Origin: the human T2T-CHM13v2.0 reference genome, Homo sapiens
Direction: 5' to 3' (one strand)
DNA length: 64,000 nt
Assembly (NCBI RefSeq): GCF_009914755.1
Contig: NC_060934.1
Both the position numbers and the translations under genes were made by a program. The notes beneath the pieces were generated by a model. The model made no database searches, was not told where the DNA came from, and saw only the letters and a list, made by a program, of their open reading frames with translations. Below, piece by piece: positions 1 to 13,121 of the stretch. Every line of letters begins with the position of its first letter. Positions within the stretch are counted from its first letter, which is position 1.

Positions 1-220
1 TTTCTTTTTTGATGACAGTCATCCTAACAGCTGTGAGGTAATACCTCATTTTTCATTCTTGTTTTAATTTACATTTCCATCATTATCAGTGATGTTAGCA
101 CTTTTCCATATGCCTGTTGGTCATTTGTGTATCTTCCTTGGAGAAATGTCCATTCAGGTCCTTTGCTGTTTTGTAATCGAATTAGTTTTGTATTCTTTTT
201 TTTTTTTCTAATGAGATTTA
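1..220 (-). mobile_element. Old L1M ORF2 3'-end fragment
   Basis: Antisense L1 motifs 'catcctaacagctgtgaggtaatacctcatt' and 'cttccttggagaaatgtccattcaggtcctttgc'. Confidence 0.8.
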
Positions 221-723
221 GGAGTTTCTTAAAAGAGTCGACTTAATGTTATGTGAATTATACTTCAATTGTTAAAAATTAAAAATTACTTCATAATCTT
301 TTTTTTTTCTTATAAACAGGAGGTTGCTAGTGGGATTTAAAGGGCTCACGTAGAATAAATTTTAAAAATTAACTTCAGTAATAATGCTTTCCACTTTCTC
401 TACTAAATTTACTTGACCCTTCTTTATTAAAAATTAAGTATTAAAAGTGTGTAGGGCCATAAGAAAAGAAAAATAGGAAGTGCCCTGAATAAAAGCACTC
501 AGCTGAAGGGGCAACTGGGAGCTCAAACCCAAGCTACTGCCCATTTCCAAGCCACACACCCTTGAATTTGCCAAAAGTAAGAGGTGCTGCTTTATAATTT
601 GCACAAAGGTGCTATGTGATCTAGCATTAAAATTGACATAAATCATGCAGGAGAAAGAGAGAAAGAGACAGATGCTGTTTTGATATCATTTTAATTTTCA
701 TTTTAATGCAAAGAGAAATATTA

Positions 724-1307
724 TGTCAAACTTAATGGCAAATAAGAGCAGGAGACTCTCTAAATAATAATATGTATTCAGGAGTGGGCATTTCGATGGT
801 AATAAATACGCCATAGTAAACTATGTGCATAGTGAGGGAGTTAAAGGAAGAGAAAGGCTTTTAACGAAAAAACAAGAAGGGTTACACAAGTGCTTCAAAT
901 CAATTATCCTTGGCTATAAATGTCAAGAACAAAGGTGACATCAGTCCAATGTTGGACAGGCAGTTCCTGGGCAGATGTCCTCATAGAATTATGCATATAC
1001 ACACACATATATGTACGTATGTATATATATGGACATATATGTATATATGTATACATATATACATAATGATATGTATATATGTATAATTCCTCATAGAATT
1101 ATATATATATACACATAATACGTACATATGTATACATATATGTACATATATACACACACATCCTGTGCATGGTTGTGCATGGTTGTGGTTTCTGCAGAGT
1201 CTTCTGTGATAGTTCAAGTGTGAGAACCCACCCTTCATGGCCTTCCTCAGCTTCATTTGTTAGGGCTTCACACTAGTGACTCCATTTTGATTCTGACAAC
1301 TTTTACA
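724..1307 (-). mobile_element. 3' LTR of provirus (MER67-like)
   Basis: Minus strand begins TGTAAAAGTTGTCAGAATCAAAATGGAGTCACTAGTG. Aligns colinearly with 9178-9669. Confidence 0.85.
985..1160. repeat. Degenerate (TA)/(CA)/(TG) microsatellite inside the 3' LTR, with duplicated 'cctcatagaattat'
   Basis: Direct reading. 'cctcatagaattat' occurs at about 979 and about 1088. Confidence 0.9.
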
Positions 1308-1319
1308 TTTCCCCGTTTT
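1308..1319 (-). other. Polypurine tract of provirus
   Basis: Minus strand AAAACGGGGAAA immediately precedes the TG of the 3' LTR. Confidence 0.75.
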
Positions 1320-2059
1320 GATCAAGTTCTTTCTCCAAAGCATTGTTGATCAATCAACTTTGAGTTAGCTTTTAATTTTCCCTTGTTACCAGGATGGACC
1401 TCTTTAAGTTTGTTGGCCAGTTCCACATGAGAGGAAGTAACTGGGAACTAGAAATGAGTGTCAAAACCCACTTATTACAGTTGAGCAAAAAGGAATATCT
1501 CCAGGAAGTGGCTCTTAGGCTAAGTGTACCTGGAGTCCCTTGTTATGTTCAATTTTTGTTTGTTCCATAGATACTGGCTATCACATCAAAGTGCTGGACC
1601 GGCCTTATTCTGTTAGGACTTCTACTTCTGCAGACGTACAAGGAAGAGGTTAAAAGTTTTGAAAAAGGAAATACAAAGTTAAATTAACAGTAATGTGTTT
1701 TTGAGTCATGAACCTAAGCTTAACTCCATACATTAAATGATCATGGGGAATTAGGTAAGACCTGTTGTAACCACGTGGCCTGTCTTCTTATTTTATGTAT
1801 CTGGGTCTCAAATTCCCCAGAGGAATTTATCCAGGTACAGGATGTAGTGTTAGCAATAGCATAGATACTTTCTTATTTAACCAATACATAATATACAGAA
1901 ATTATATCACTTAGTATCTCATGATTGGGTTGGATTAAAGCAAAGATTGTTCTAAAAAGGAACCAATAGTACCTCTGAAGAAAAAGATACGTTAGAGATG
2001 TTGCCAAAGTTATTCACCATGTAAGTAAAGTATTAAAGGATCCCCTAGGTCACGTAAAG

Positions 2060-2190
2060 ATCTAGGTTTGGCATGATTCAACATTATGTCAAGATATCCT
2101 CAGAAGTTACTGATTATGAAATTTTAATTCCACCATTGTCTTTCCAAGTAAAAAATATAGGCATTAAGTGGGATAAGGGTAGAGTATTAT
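2060..2190 (-). pseudogene. Degraded retroviral env signal peptide / SU N-terminus remnant
   Basis: Minus-strand translation LPLSHLMPIFFTWKDNGGIKIS*SVTSEDILT*C*I. The stops restore by single changes to a W-x-DN...ISQS...LTECWI(CH) pattern like the env SU CxxC region. Position upstream of the PPT fits env. Confidence 0.5.
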
Positions 2191-3011
2191 AATATGAAGT
2201 CTTTTTTTCGTATCTTGGGAAAAGCTCTCTACAGTGTGAAAACGTCAGCTTCTTACCCTGACTTGCAGTTTGAATGTCTCTGGTAATAGCATCAGGCAAT
2301 TTGGTGAACTTTCTGTGTGGCTCATGTATCAAGCATGACACTTGTGTCTTAAAATTCATCTAGTGTTACCTTAGAGGGCTTTAGGATCAGAGCAATTCTG
2401 CCTTTTAGTAGTTCCATGGAAGAAAGTTGGAATGGAGTTTCTCAGAAGAATTTAGGATCCAGTCCAGTCTACAGATTGATAACAGTAACTCAAAAGCAAT
2501 GTAAAAGTCTACAATCCAATAGCAGGTGTACCATAGTGTTTCTTTAGTAACATAACTTTCTCTACACAGTCATCCCAATTTCTACCAAAGTTAACAGTAA
2601 GGCAAATTTGCTTGTAAAATAAGCTAAGTGTTATCAAATTTTGCCTGATCATTTATACAAGTGCAGAAAGAATAGTGATTTGACTACGTAGGAGTCTCAG
2701 GTTTAAAAACCTCTTGAGGCAGCAAAGCCAAACCAAGGCAGGCTTTAAATTTTGCCAGCAGGGCCTATGAGCAATTTAAATACGGCATTCCCATCAAAAT
2801 CTAAGTGATACAGGAATGTTTTCAATTTTATCTTATTAAAAAAAAGCAGACTCTTATCAAACTTATTCAAAAACTATATTGTCATAAATATAAGGATACT
2901 CATTGATAGTTTCCAAATTTTGAAGGGATTAAGTTGGGAGAAAAAGTAAATGTTTTTATGTTTGTTCACAAAAGCATACTTTCCCAAATTCTTGTAAACA
3001 CTAGATAGTTT

Positions 3012-4397
3012 TTTTAATTTTATTTTTAATTTTACTTATTTAAGTCCTGGGATACATGTGCAGAATATGCAGGTTTGTTAAATAGGTATACAGGTGCCAT
3101 GGTGGTTTGCTGCACCTATCAACCTGTCACCTAGGTTTTAAGCCCCACATGTATTAGGTATTTGTCCTAATGCTCTCCCTCCCCTTCCCCCCACCCCCAA
3201 CAGGCCCCAGTGTGTGTTGTTTCCCTCCCTAAGTCCATGTGTTCTCATTGTTCAACTCCCACTTATGAGTGAGAACATATGGTGTTTGGTTTTCTGTTCC
3301 TGTGTTACTTTGTTGAGGATGATGGTTTCCAGTTTCATCCATGTTCCTGCAAAAGACATGAATTAATTCTTTTTATGGCTGCATAGTGTTCTATGGTATA
3401 TATATGCTACATTTTCTTTATCCAGTATATCATTGATGGACATTTGGGTTGGTTCCAAGTCTTTGCTATTGTGAATAGTGCTGCAATAAACAGATGTGTG
3501 CATGTGTCTTTACAGCAGAGTGATTTATAATCCTTTGGGTATATACTCAGTGATGAGATTGCTGGGTCAAATGGTATTTCTGGTTCTATATCATTGAGGA
3601 ATCACCACACTGTCTTTCACAATGGTTGAACTAATTTACACTGCCACCAACAGTGTAAAAGCATTCCTATTTCTCCACATCCTCTCCAGCATCTGTTGTT
3701 TCCTGACTTTCTAATAATCACCATTCTAACTGGAGTGATATGGTATCTCATTGTGGTTTTGATCTGCATTTCTCTAATGACCAATGGAACAGAACAGAGA
3801 ACTCAGAAATAACACCACACATCTACAACCATCTGATCTTCAACAAACCTAACAAAAACAAGCAATGGGGAAAGGATTCCCTATTTAATAAATGGTGCTA
3901 GGAAAACTGGCTAGCCATATGCTGAAAACAGAAACTGGACCCCTTTCTTACAACTTATACAAAAATTAACTCAAGATGGATTAAAGACTTAAACGTAAAA
4001 CCTAAAATCATAAAAACCCTAGAAGAAAACCTAGGCAATACCGTTCAGGACATAGGCGTGGGCAAAGACTTCATGACTAAAACACCAAGAGCAATAGCAA
4101 CAAAAGCCAAAATTGACAAATGGGATCTAATTAAACTAAAGAGCTTCTGCACAGCAAAAGAAACTATCATCAGAGTGAACAGGCAACCTACAGAATGGGA
4201 GAAAATTTTTTCAATCTATCCATCTGACAAAGGTGTAATATCCGGAATCTACAAGGAACTTAAGCAAATTTACAAGAAAAAAAATAACCAATCAAAAAGT
4301 GGGTGAAGGATATGAACAGACACTTCTCAAAAGAAGACATTTATGTGGCCAACAAACATATGAAAAAAAGCTAATCACCACTGGTCATTAGAGAAAT
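3012..4397 (-). mobile_element. L1PA8-like, 5'-truncated with 5' inversion, nested in the ERV
   Basis: Poly(T) + 3'UTR + ORF2 end on minus 3012-3783. Inverted ORF2 on plus 3779-4397 (ORF 4058-4306 [29 protein letters not shown]). TSD actagatagttt (3000-3011) / acgagattgttt (4398-4409). Confidence 0.92.
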
Positions 4398-5972
4398 ACG
4401 AGATTGTTTAAGAGAAACTTTTCTTAAATCTGAAAAACAAAAGCTTTAAGTAAAGAACCAACAATATTTCAAATTAAAACCATACAACCAATATTTTTAT
4501 TAGTTATTCAATCTCATGTATTACATTTTCATTCTGCTTGATCTTGTTTAGTAGTTTCACAAATTCATCAGTAGCTTCATTAGCGTTCTGGAAAATTTTT
4601 ATTTACTTCATCGATCTTAAAGTTATTAAAACCCTGTATTCAAGAGTACTTGTTAGACTTTTTCTCATGAATTTGATTACAGGTTTCTTTAGTGAGAAGT
4701 CAAAAGTGTTGATGACAAAGACTTATTAATAGAATAGCCATAGTTAAAATTCTGATGGACGTTCATTATAACTAGCAATTGACAAGGAAATTTGGTTATT
4801 TCCATGGCATACAATATTTTCATATGACCACCAAAATTATGACTAATGTTATTAGATTTCTTTGAAGTTATATAATTTTTAAAATACTTATTAATAGTAT
4901 ACCCAAGAATGTAACTGAAAGAAGATCCAGAATCACTTGTCATTTGACCACACTTCCCATACAGTTTAACACATCAAAGAAGCCTACTTATTTCATATCT
5001 CTATAAAATGAGAGGTACTTCCTTTGAAGTTCTCTGGACCCAACTAGAAAGTATCAAAGTTAATGCTGGTCGAAAAGACTTAATCTAGAACTTTAATACT
5101 AGAGAAGCTGCCACAGGTGTCAACAGTTTAAAACAACTGATTGAAACAGTATCACATGTCATTATGAAATAATTGTCATCACTTAATCAGAGTGATAATC
5201 AAAAGATTTCAAAAGCAATACAGAAAGTTACACAGAACATTTTTGAAACTCATTTTTCCTAAGTAATCAATAAAAACCAATAAATACAATTTGAAACACA
5301 TGAAGTTACACTGATGAAACAGAACATATTTTTTCTTAAGCCAGTTACATAAAAGCTAAAGAAAAGCCCCTGCAGTGTGACTGCTTCTTCTTATGAAAAA
5401 CGCACTGAGATAACTGGGAAGTTAAACCTGATGAAAATCTGCGTGAACTTAATCAGACATAGGAAGAGTGTATGTCCAAGGTTATGAGTATACACCACAT
5501 AAAAGAGGAATGTGAACAAGAAAACTAGTAACTTGTGAAGCGGAATACGTGGCTCTTAGGAAAAGTACAGAAAGTTTTATGATTACATGGAACAATTCAG
5601 ACATGTCAAGAAAAGCAAAGAGTACAGAATCAAGTGTACTGGAGAAATAAATATTCTCTACACTGTAAAGCTGCAGTTTAGAAGATGTTTGGAAATTTAA
5701 AGAAACAGATTCCAAAATTAATCAAAACCACTCACAAATTTTACTAAGATCAGATCAATACTTCAAGGAAATCTTCTTGTTCTAAGCTAAGGGGACAACA
5801 TATTAGTTTTGTGTCAGTATATTTTTAATATTAAAGCTCAATGTTTAGAAAAATTTGTAATTCCCTTCTAATTATAGCCAACTTAATCACACACAAAATT
5901 TCTTTCAGAAATTCATTTTTCATAAACCTTTCGTGACTTACTTAGACCTTTAGTTTTGTCCTATACTGCTTC

Positions 5973-6003
<31 letters not shown>

Positions 6004-6279
6004 AGACGGAGTCTTGCACTGCCGCCAGGCTGGAGTGCAGTGGTGCAATCTCGGCTCACTGCAATCACTGCCCCTAGGTTCAAGCAATTCTCCTGCCTCA
6101 GCCTCTCCAGTAGCTGGGATTACAGGCATGTGCCACCACCCTCAGCTAATTTTTGTATTTTTAGTAGAGACGGGGTTTCACCATGTTGGCCAGGATGGTC
6201 TGGATCTCCTGACCTCGTGATCCACCCACCTCGGTCTCCCAAAGTGCTGGGATTACAGGCGTGAGCCACTATGCCCTGC
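5973..6279 (-). mobile_element. AluSc nested in the ERV
   Basis: Full dimer with (TTTTG)n tail. Sc-type 'ccgccaggctgg' deletion and 'ggccaggatggtc'. Degenerate TSD tatact... Confidence 0.9.
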
Positions 6280-7377
6280 GTATACTTTCTTTTTCTTAAA
6301 TAACCAGTCATTTTACGTGACGACAAAAAAATCTAGCAAATAAGATTATTTCTCATACAAAGGTATTCTCTTTTTTTGTTATACCTTTGTATACAGAATG
6401 AGATATATAGATATAAAAATTAGAATTTTTGACTCTTAGAAACCTTAATTTCTACTGAAAACTTTAGACATTTTAAATTGTCACATATCAGTATTCTGTA
6501 GATGAGAACAGTCTTATAATTTTTAGAGATATATTTCTGCATTCTATAATGTTTATATATATTCATGGACTCAAACACATTATCTTTCTATAAAAAATTA
6601 AGAAGCCAAGAAAAAATTTATATTTATTTTAAGCAATGTATGTTTTATTAGTTTATTTCATTTGTGAATAACTAATTTAATGAGTATCCATCATTAACAT
6701 AACTTTAAGATTTCAAATGGCATTAAAAGTTTATTAATAAAAGTTTATCTTATTAACATTTACCTAGTTTATGTATTTAACAAAATTATACCTAGTTTAG
6801 TTATGAAAACTAAGATATTAAACAAAGCTAGTCATTATTTCAAGCTGTCTTTCGGTTAACCATTTTTAGAGCCTGTGAATATCAGGTATTCACTTAAGAA
6901 ACAAAGTTAAACAGATGGGAATTTTGCTGATAACTCAGAAGACACAGCTGTTTTTAGTAAACCAACAATATAAATTTTTTTATAAAAGTGTTACACAAAT
7001 ATCATTTTGCTTTTAATAAAGCTGCATTTATAGTTTTATAATCTGTATGTCAAACTTTGACAGCTTAAAACATCAATCAGGGACAATTGTAATCATGGCT
7101 GACCAGTAAATCCAGGCAAAAATGTATGCTGACAATTCTGAGGGCATTTCTATTTTTATGTTATCAACAAATTTAAAACAAGCTAATTTATCAAAAATTA
7201 ATTCACATAAACTAAAAGACATTTGGTGTAAGTACTAAATATTTTAACAATTAAATGTGTACCCATGTATTTAAGCCAATTTAAGTAGAATTTCTTAAGG
7301 GACCTCTGGTAAACTAAGTAGAGATTCTACCATGTAGACACAATGTACAACATATAGTCACATGCATAACAACACCT

Positions 7378-7380
<3 letters not shown>

Positions 7381-7430
<50 letters not shown>
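7381..7430. repeat. (CA)25 microsatellite
   Basis: Uninterrupted CA run. Confidence 0.98.
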
Positions 7431-7433
<3 letters not shown>

Positions 7434-9152
7434 ATAGCTTTTATTTTAAAGTTTTATCCAAAAGACATTAACAAATAGCAATATATATTTACCGGTTTAT
7501 AAAATAACAGCTGAGTCCAAAAATTATATTTTTGACAAAATGAGACCTGTTCACACGGCTAATTTTATTTGCTCTGATAATAATCCTTTGAAGACTGTTG
7601 ACCAAAATTTCAGGTAAATCAGTTTGATTGGAAAAACAAATTCTTTTCCTTTTTTTCCCCTTTTTTTCAGTTTTCAATTAGTTGAGGGGTTAAATTTTCA
7701 AATATTTACATTTTAGCTAGGACTGATTGAATTGCATAAAGAAACCAGTATCTCCAAGAAGGCTCAAATTTTTAGTAAGAAATCTTTCTTTTGTTTGCTA
7801 GTCCAGTTGTCTTAATTAGTCAGTGCAGGTGAGGAGGCATTTTAGAAAAGTGTTTTAAAGATTTTTTAAGGGTTTTTTTTTGGCTCCTGTATGGCAGACA
7901 AAGCAATTTTTTTTATGCCGGACAGAGTTATATTATTGTCTTGAGCTCAAGATTTTGACTTATTTGATCTGAAAGCCTAACTTTTATAAACATAGTAGTT
8001 ATTTTCTTTTTAGAATATCAATCCTTCGGTTAACTGTTCTATCACCCTAAGCAGTTGGTAGTTAGGCAAACCTAAATTTACATTTCCAAAAGGGATGACT
8101 CAGGTGTTTAGGGTTTTGGTTGCCATGGAGCTGTTGTAATTTGTAAAGCCATTAATTTGAAAGCCCTTTAAGATATTTTTTTCCCCTATCTTGGCTGGAG
8201 TGATATAAGCAGTGAGTTTATCTTAATATCAGTAGAAAAGTCAGCAGATTCAAAGTAGGCAGGAAACAAATAGAGAGATAGAGGACTTCGAAGACTACAT
8301 GTTAACCCTATAGTTGTAGTTTCTAATTCAAGTCAGAAAATCAAGCTTGAGGAGTTTGAATATTCCCCACGATGCTCTTTCATTTAAAAACATGCACAAG
8401 GAAAAGCCATGTCACTGGCTGGATTCCCAGAGGGCTTGACATGCTTCAGAATTTTGAGAGTCCCGGTCTATTTCTTGTTAATATCCCCAGAGCAAACAAA
8501 ATCCTATAAATCTTGTCAGGGAATGTCAGGAGTTTGGAACAGCGTCTTAGACTGTGGTGACCCACCCTAGTGGGTTTTAATTAGCCATTCTGCACCCACA
8601 ATTTAGAATGTTTATTTTTTGCTCTTGGAAGATTTTCATAAATGAGCAGGGAAAAAAAAAGTAAAAGACACGAATTATTTACAGGTATACATAATCAACT
8701 AAAAATAAAACCAAAATAAGTTTGCTCACAGAAATATTAAAACAGGTATGCAGACCAAACAAAAAAAATTAAATTACACATGCAGAAAGAGCTAAAAGTT
8801 AATTCACCGGAAAATACATGCCTCACAGACAGAATATAAATTCTGTAGAAGACACAGTACTCAAACCAAAAGGAAACTTTTTATACCAAAAAGCGTTGCT
8901 AATAAATACATAAACTAATGTTTATAGCCGCAAGAGGGATGCAAGGTCCTTTACTTAAGGCAATCTTATAACAGAAACAGATCCCAAATAAAGAGGCAAA
9001 ATAGCTCACCAAAGGGAGGAGGAAGTCTGAGAATCTCAGAGGAGACTCATCAGAGAGAAAAGCTGAAGGGTGGAAGCAGAGCTCTTACAAGGACTCAATG
9101 TTTGTAGTACATTGGATTCCAAGGGTCACTAACATCCTAGGTGAGCTAGTTT

Positions 9153-9173
9153 GATCCCTCCTCTGAAAACTAA
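9153..9173 (-). other. Decayed primer-binding site, tRNA-Leu-like
   Basis: Plus 'gatccctcctctgaaaacta' resembles the tRNA-Leu 3' end AATCCCACTTCTGACACCA and abuts the 5' LTR. Confidence 0.5.
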
Positions 9174-9177
9174 AATA

Positions 9178-9463
9178 TATCAAACTTATAAATGAACAGA
9201 AAGAGAGACTCTCCAATAGAAAATGGTATTTATTCAGGAATGGGCATCACAATGGGAATACATGTGCCATAGTAAACTACGTGTGTATTCAGAAAAGTAA
9301 AGGAAAGTAAGAGGTGTCAAAGAAAAATGAGAAGAATTAATTGTTTTGAAACAATTATTCTTGGCTACAGGGATCAGTAATAAGGGTGGTGTCAACACAA
9401 GGTTGACCAGGCACTTGCTGGGCAGATGCCCTCACAGAAGTCACAGAAAAGTGTGTGTGTGCA

Positions 9464-9501
<38 letters not shown>

Positions 9502-9669
9502 CACTTGTAATGTTGCAGTAGCCTTTGTGCAAGATGGCAATTTTCAGTCTTTTATAACGGTTCTTGTTATTAGGCATGCAAGCATAGACCCCTCCATTCA
9601 TGACCTGCCTCAGCTCCATTTGTCAGGGATTGACACAGTAGTTCCAACTTGATTCTGACAACTTTCACA
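9178..9669 (-). mobile_element. 5' LTR of provirus (MER67-like), containing (TG)n at about 9451-9498
   Basis: Minus strand begins TGTGAAAGTTGTCAGAATCAAG. Homologous to 724-1307. Confidence 0.85.
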
Positions 9670-12600
9670 ATTATAATTATGAAAATCTCAGAAAAGTGAT
9701 TGTAAAAATACTTGAGCCAGGTATATGTACATCCTCTTAAAATGACTTATTTAGCACTAATAGAATTAATCACCTAATAGATCAGTAGCAACAACATCAA
9801 AAAAGAGAATCAAATAAATATATTCATAAATATCAAAGACAATCTGCTTTTGCGTGGCATATTTGCCACAACAGCCACTCTTGTATAAAACTTCATGGCA
9901 AATATATAGAAACATTCAATGTATAACAATGTATAAGTTATATGGACATGTGAAAGAAGGTGATAGGGCATTCCAGGAGCTAAAATATACTGCAAAATAT
10001 CAACTTAAAGTACAGTTTAGGTACAATATTTCATTAAATATGTCTGGCATTTTTACATAAGCTTTAGGCTAAGACCAACATTTTGCTACTTTAACTATAC
10101 ATAGTGACTTGCATCTTTACATAAATTGTGTTTAATAAACAGTAGTACTGTTACTGCAATTTTTTCATCTTCTGCACCTTATTTTTTAAACAAAATCAGG
10201 GCAAAATCTGAAAACAAATTATTCAACAATTTTGTCGTATGTCAGAAATTCACATAAAAAGATGTTAACTTAAAATCAAATTATTGGCTGCCTACCATTG
10301 GGGTAGACAAAAATGCCAACCATGACTTCTATAGAATCATCTTGGGTTATTAAAAATAATTCTAGGTGTCAATATATTATTTATAAAAGTGATTTTTTTC
10401 AACTGTTAAACCAAATATTACCTCTAAGTATTTTCTGATCAAGATAGAATGAAAAAAACTGCAATTTTGCATGGATACTTCTTAAGACAGTGAAGTAGGT
10501 ACAAAATTTGTTTTACAATTATATACTGAGGAAAAATTAAGAGACCTATGGACTTCAAAATAGGTGATTTGATGTTGAAATTATGATGTAATATGCAGGG
10601 CAGAAAATTTAAAAGATGCATAAGGTTGTATTTTTTTAACTGAACATACCAAATATAAAAAGCCTTTTGAAAGTCTGTCATATATAGCTAGCAAAATCAT
10701 GGCTACATATGGTGCCTGACAAACTTGCTGTAGGATATTTGCACAGAATATATGCTTCACAAAATGAAAGCACTGAATAGAAAAATCATTTTTGTAAAAC
10801 ACAGTTTTAGTTAATTATCAGCAAACTTAAGAGTTTCATACATTGTCACTTTCACCAGTCAATTTTGCATCAACAGGATATAATTGCTAAAAATCTATGT
10901 AAAAAAGTTTCCATGGTGTCCCCACATAACTCTAGAGCTGTCAGAGCATTTGATATTGAGTTGGGTGCTAACTGTAACGCAAGCCAAACACACAGTCTTG
11001 GCATGGTTGCTCTGGTTTCCATAGAGAACAAAAAAATACTGCTCTGGGAAAATATCTTCCCTGCTTTCCTTCAAATAGTATTGCCAAGCAAGGAATGTCA
11101 CCAATCACCATTGTTTTGGCATTTAATAATAGTGACTAATACAATGAACGCTTTCTGAAACTAAGATGTTATTGGAAAAGAAATATATTTAGTACAGCAA
11201 TATGAATAGCCTGTGGATACTCTTTCATCCTGTTTTCAGCATTTGAACACAGCCTTGTACCAGCAATGTGGACAGATATTCGAGTGTTTATTGAGGCTTG
11301 TGCTTAATGACTCAACAATCTAGAAACACAAATTCAGTGTTAGTGTACCTCTGGTCAAATGGCAGAAAACATTTCAATAATAACTAATGAAAAAAAACTC
11401 TTTAAGCTTTCACATGACTTGTATCAGAGGCAACTTAGAAGAATTGTTGAAAGTAACTGCCATAAAGAAATAATTCCATTAGAGATATAAGCATGAACAA
11501 AAACAGCACTACACTGATGTGTTACAATCAAACATGGAAACTTACTGGCACTCTTCCACAAGGCCTATAAATAATACTTTCCAAATGTTGTCCAATGCAT
11601 ACAGAACATAATTCTGCAGCATGTGTTTAGATAGTATCTGGAAAAATAATTTTTTTCTTCTAATAAGATAAGCAAAGACTACATTAAAATAAAAAAACAC
11701 ATTTCACTTTATTGTATTAATTCACAATTACTGTCACATGTATTTAATGTACCAATGTTCACTGTAAATCTTCTAGAAAAACATATAGTAAGTAGCACTT
11801 CCCAAGTATATTAACAATCAGTTTAGGAGACTAGTGTTCTACAAGCATATTTAAATATATGATGTTTTAATAAAACATCTATTTCTAAAAGTGATGAAAG
11901 TTTTATTTATTTTACAGAAGAATAAACCAACGCACAAAGACAATTATTCTATATATAAATGGAAAAGCTATGAAAATTTATTATAAACTTAAAATTTAAA
12001 GTTCTATCATCTTATAAGGAGTGAAAAATTCTCATTTGGGCATAGATATACACATCTTGAATATTACTAAATTTTAATTTTCCCTTTCCATAACCAAAAG
12101 AGAAAGAACTATGTGTAAGCAAGCAAATAAGAGCACTCAAGATGTAGACATAAAATCATAAAATCTGCAAATAAAAATGAGAAAAATCTACAAGAAAAGT
12201 ATAAAGTGGAAACTTTAGCTGTCAAAAACAAATACTGTTAAGCAGAGTTTAACTACTTCTGATGTAATTTGAAGTCAATATGTTCTTTGGGATTTAAATT
12301 TGTTAGATAAGTTGAATGCCTTACGCAGGATTTCAGTGAATTCCCGAGGACTTAAAATTCCATGGTTATTTCTTGCTCTACTGCTTTGATACACCTTGCA
12401 CCTATCTTCTGCCTGATGATTATGATTTGTACCACTTTCTGTGTTAATGTTGATGAGGAACATAGAGCATTTTGCTCAATAATGAAGAATTTGTTGCTCA
12501 CACTAGACAACTGTATGTTTTATACAGTAGGTTTGAAGAGACAAAGAGAAGCTTCAGTATGATATCACTCAGCAAACCACTTACAATGGATTGTTAGGCA

Positions 12601-12781
12601 TGTCCATTTTAAAGCTTCCTGGACCAGAACCACCACTACAAATATTCCATTTTTCTATCTCTGTGGGACATTTCTCCAACACATGTTTCATGTGACCTCA
12701 TCCCCATTCAACTTTTCTGCTCAACTGTTAACTTCCAATGCAGAGTTGCTTCTTGAAAATCAACAGCAGAGGGTCTGATTT

Positions 12782-13121
12782 ATTAATGGGCTTTATTTTT
12801 TCAGAGCAGTTTCAGATTCACAGCAAAATTGAACAGAAGGCACAGATATTTTCCATATACCTCCTGCTCCAACACATGCATAGCCTTCTCCACTATTTAC
12901 ATCTCCCACCAGGTGGTACTTTTATTACAATTGGTAAAATCACATTAATATAATCATCTCAAATCCATAGTTTACATTAGGGCTTACTCATAGTGTTGTA
13001 CATTCTGTGGGTTTGGACAAATATCATGACATGTATCTACCATTACAGTGGCATATGAAGTTGTTTCACTGCCTTAAAATATGTGCTCTTCCTATTTATC
13101 CTGCGCTCCCTGCCTAATCAC
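12782..13121 (-). mobile_element. L1MC-type 3' end
   Basis: 'gagcagtttcagattcacagcaaaattgaacagaagg' and 'ccatagtttacattaggg' motifs. Flanked by gagggtctgattt / gagggcctcattt (probable TSD). Confidence 0.8.

Larger units (their letters stand above)
724..9669 (-). mobile_element. Two-LTR ERV1 (MER4-group) provirus with MER67-like LTRs, non-autonomous/degraded
   Basis: Two homologous LTRs (724-1307, 9178-9669). Outer TG...CA ends. Identical 4-bp TSD ATTA at 720-723 and 9670-9673. PPT next to the left LTR and PBS-like site next to the right LTR. Confidence 0.9.

Noticed and set aside
300-583. Strong acceptor (ttttttcttataaacag) and a later GTAAGA donor
   Set aside because: Stops in the frames inspected and no supporting neighbouring exon. 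Such motif pairs are common by chance.
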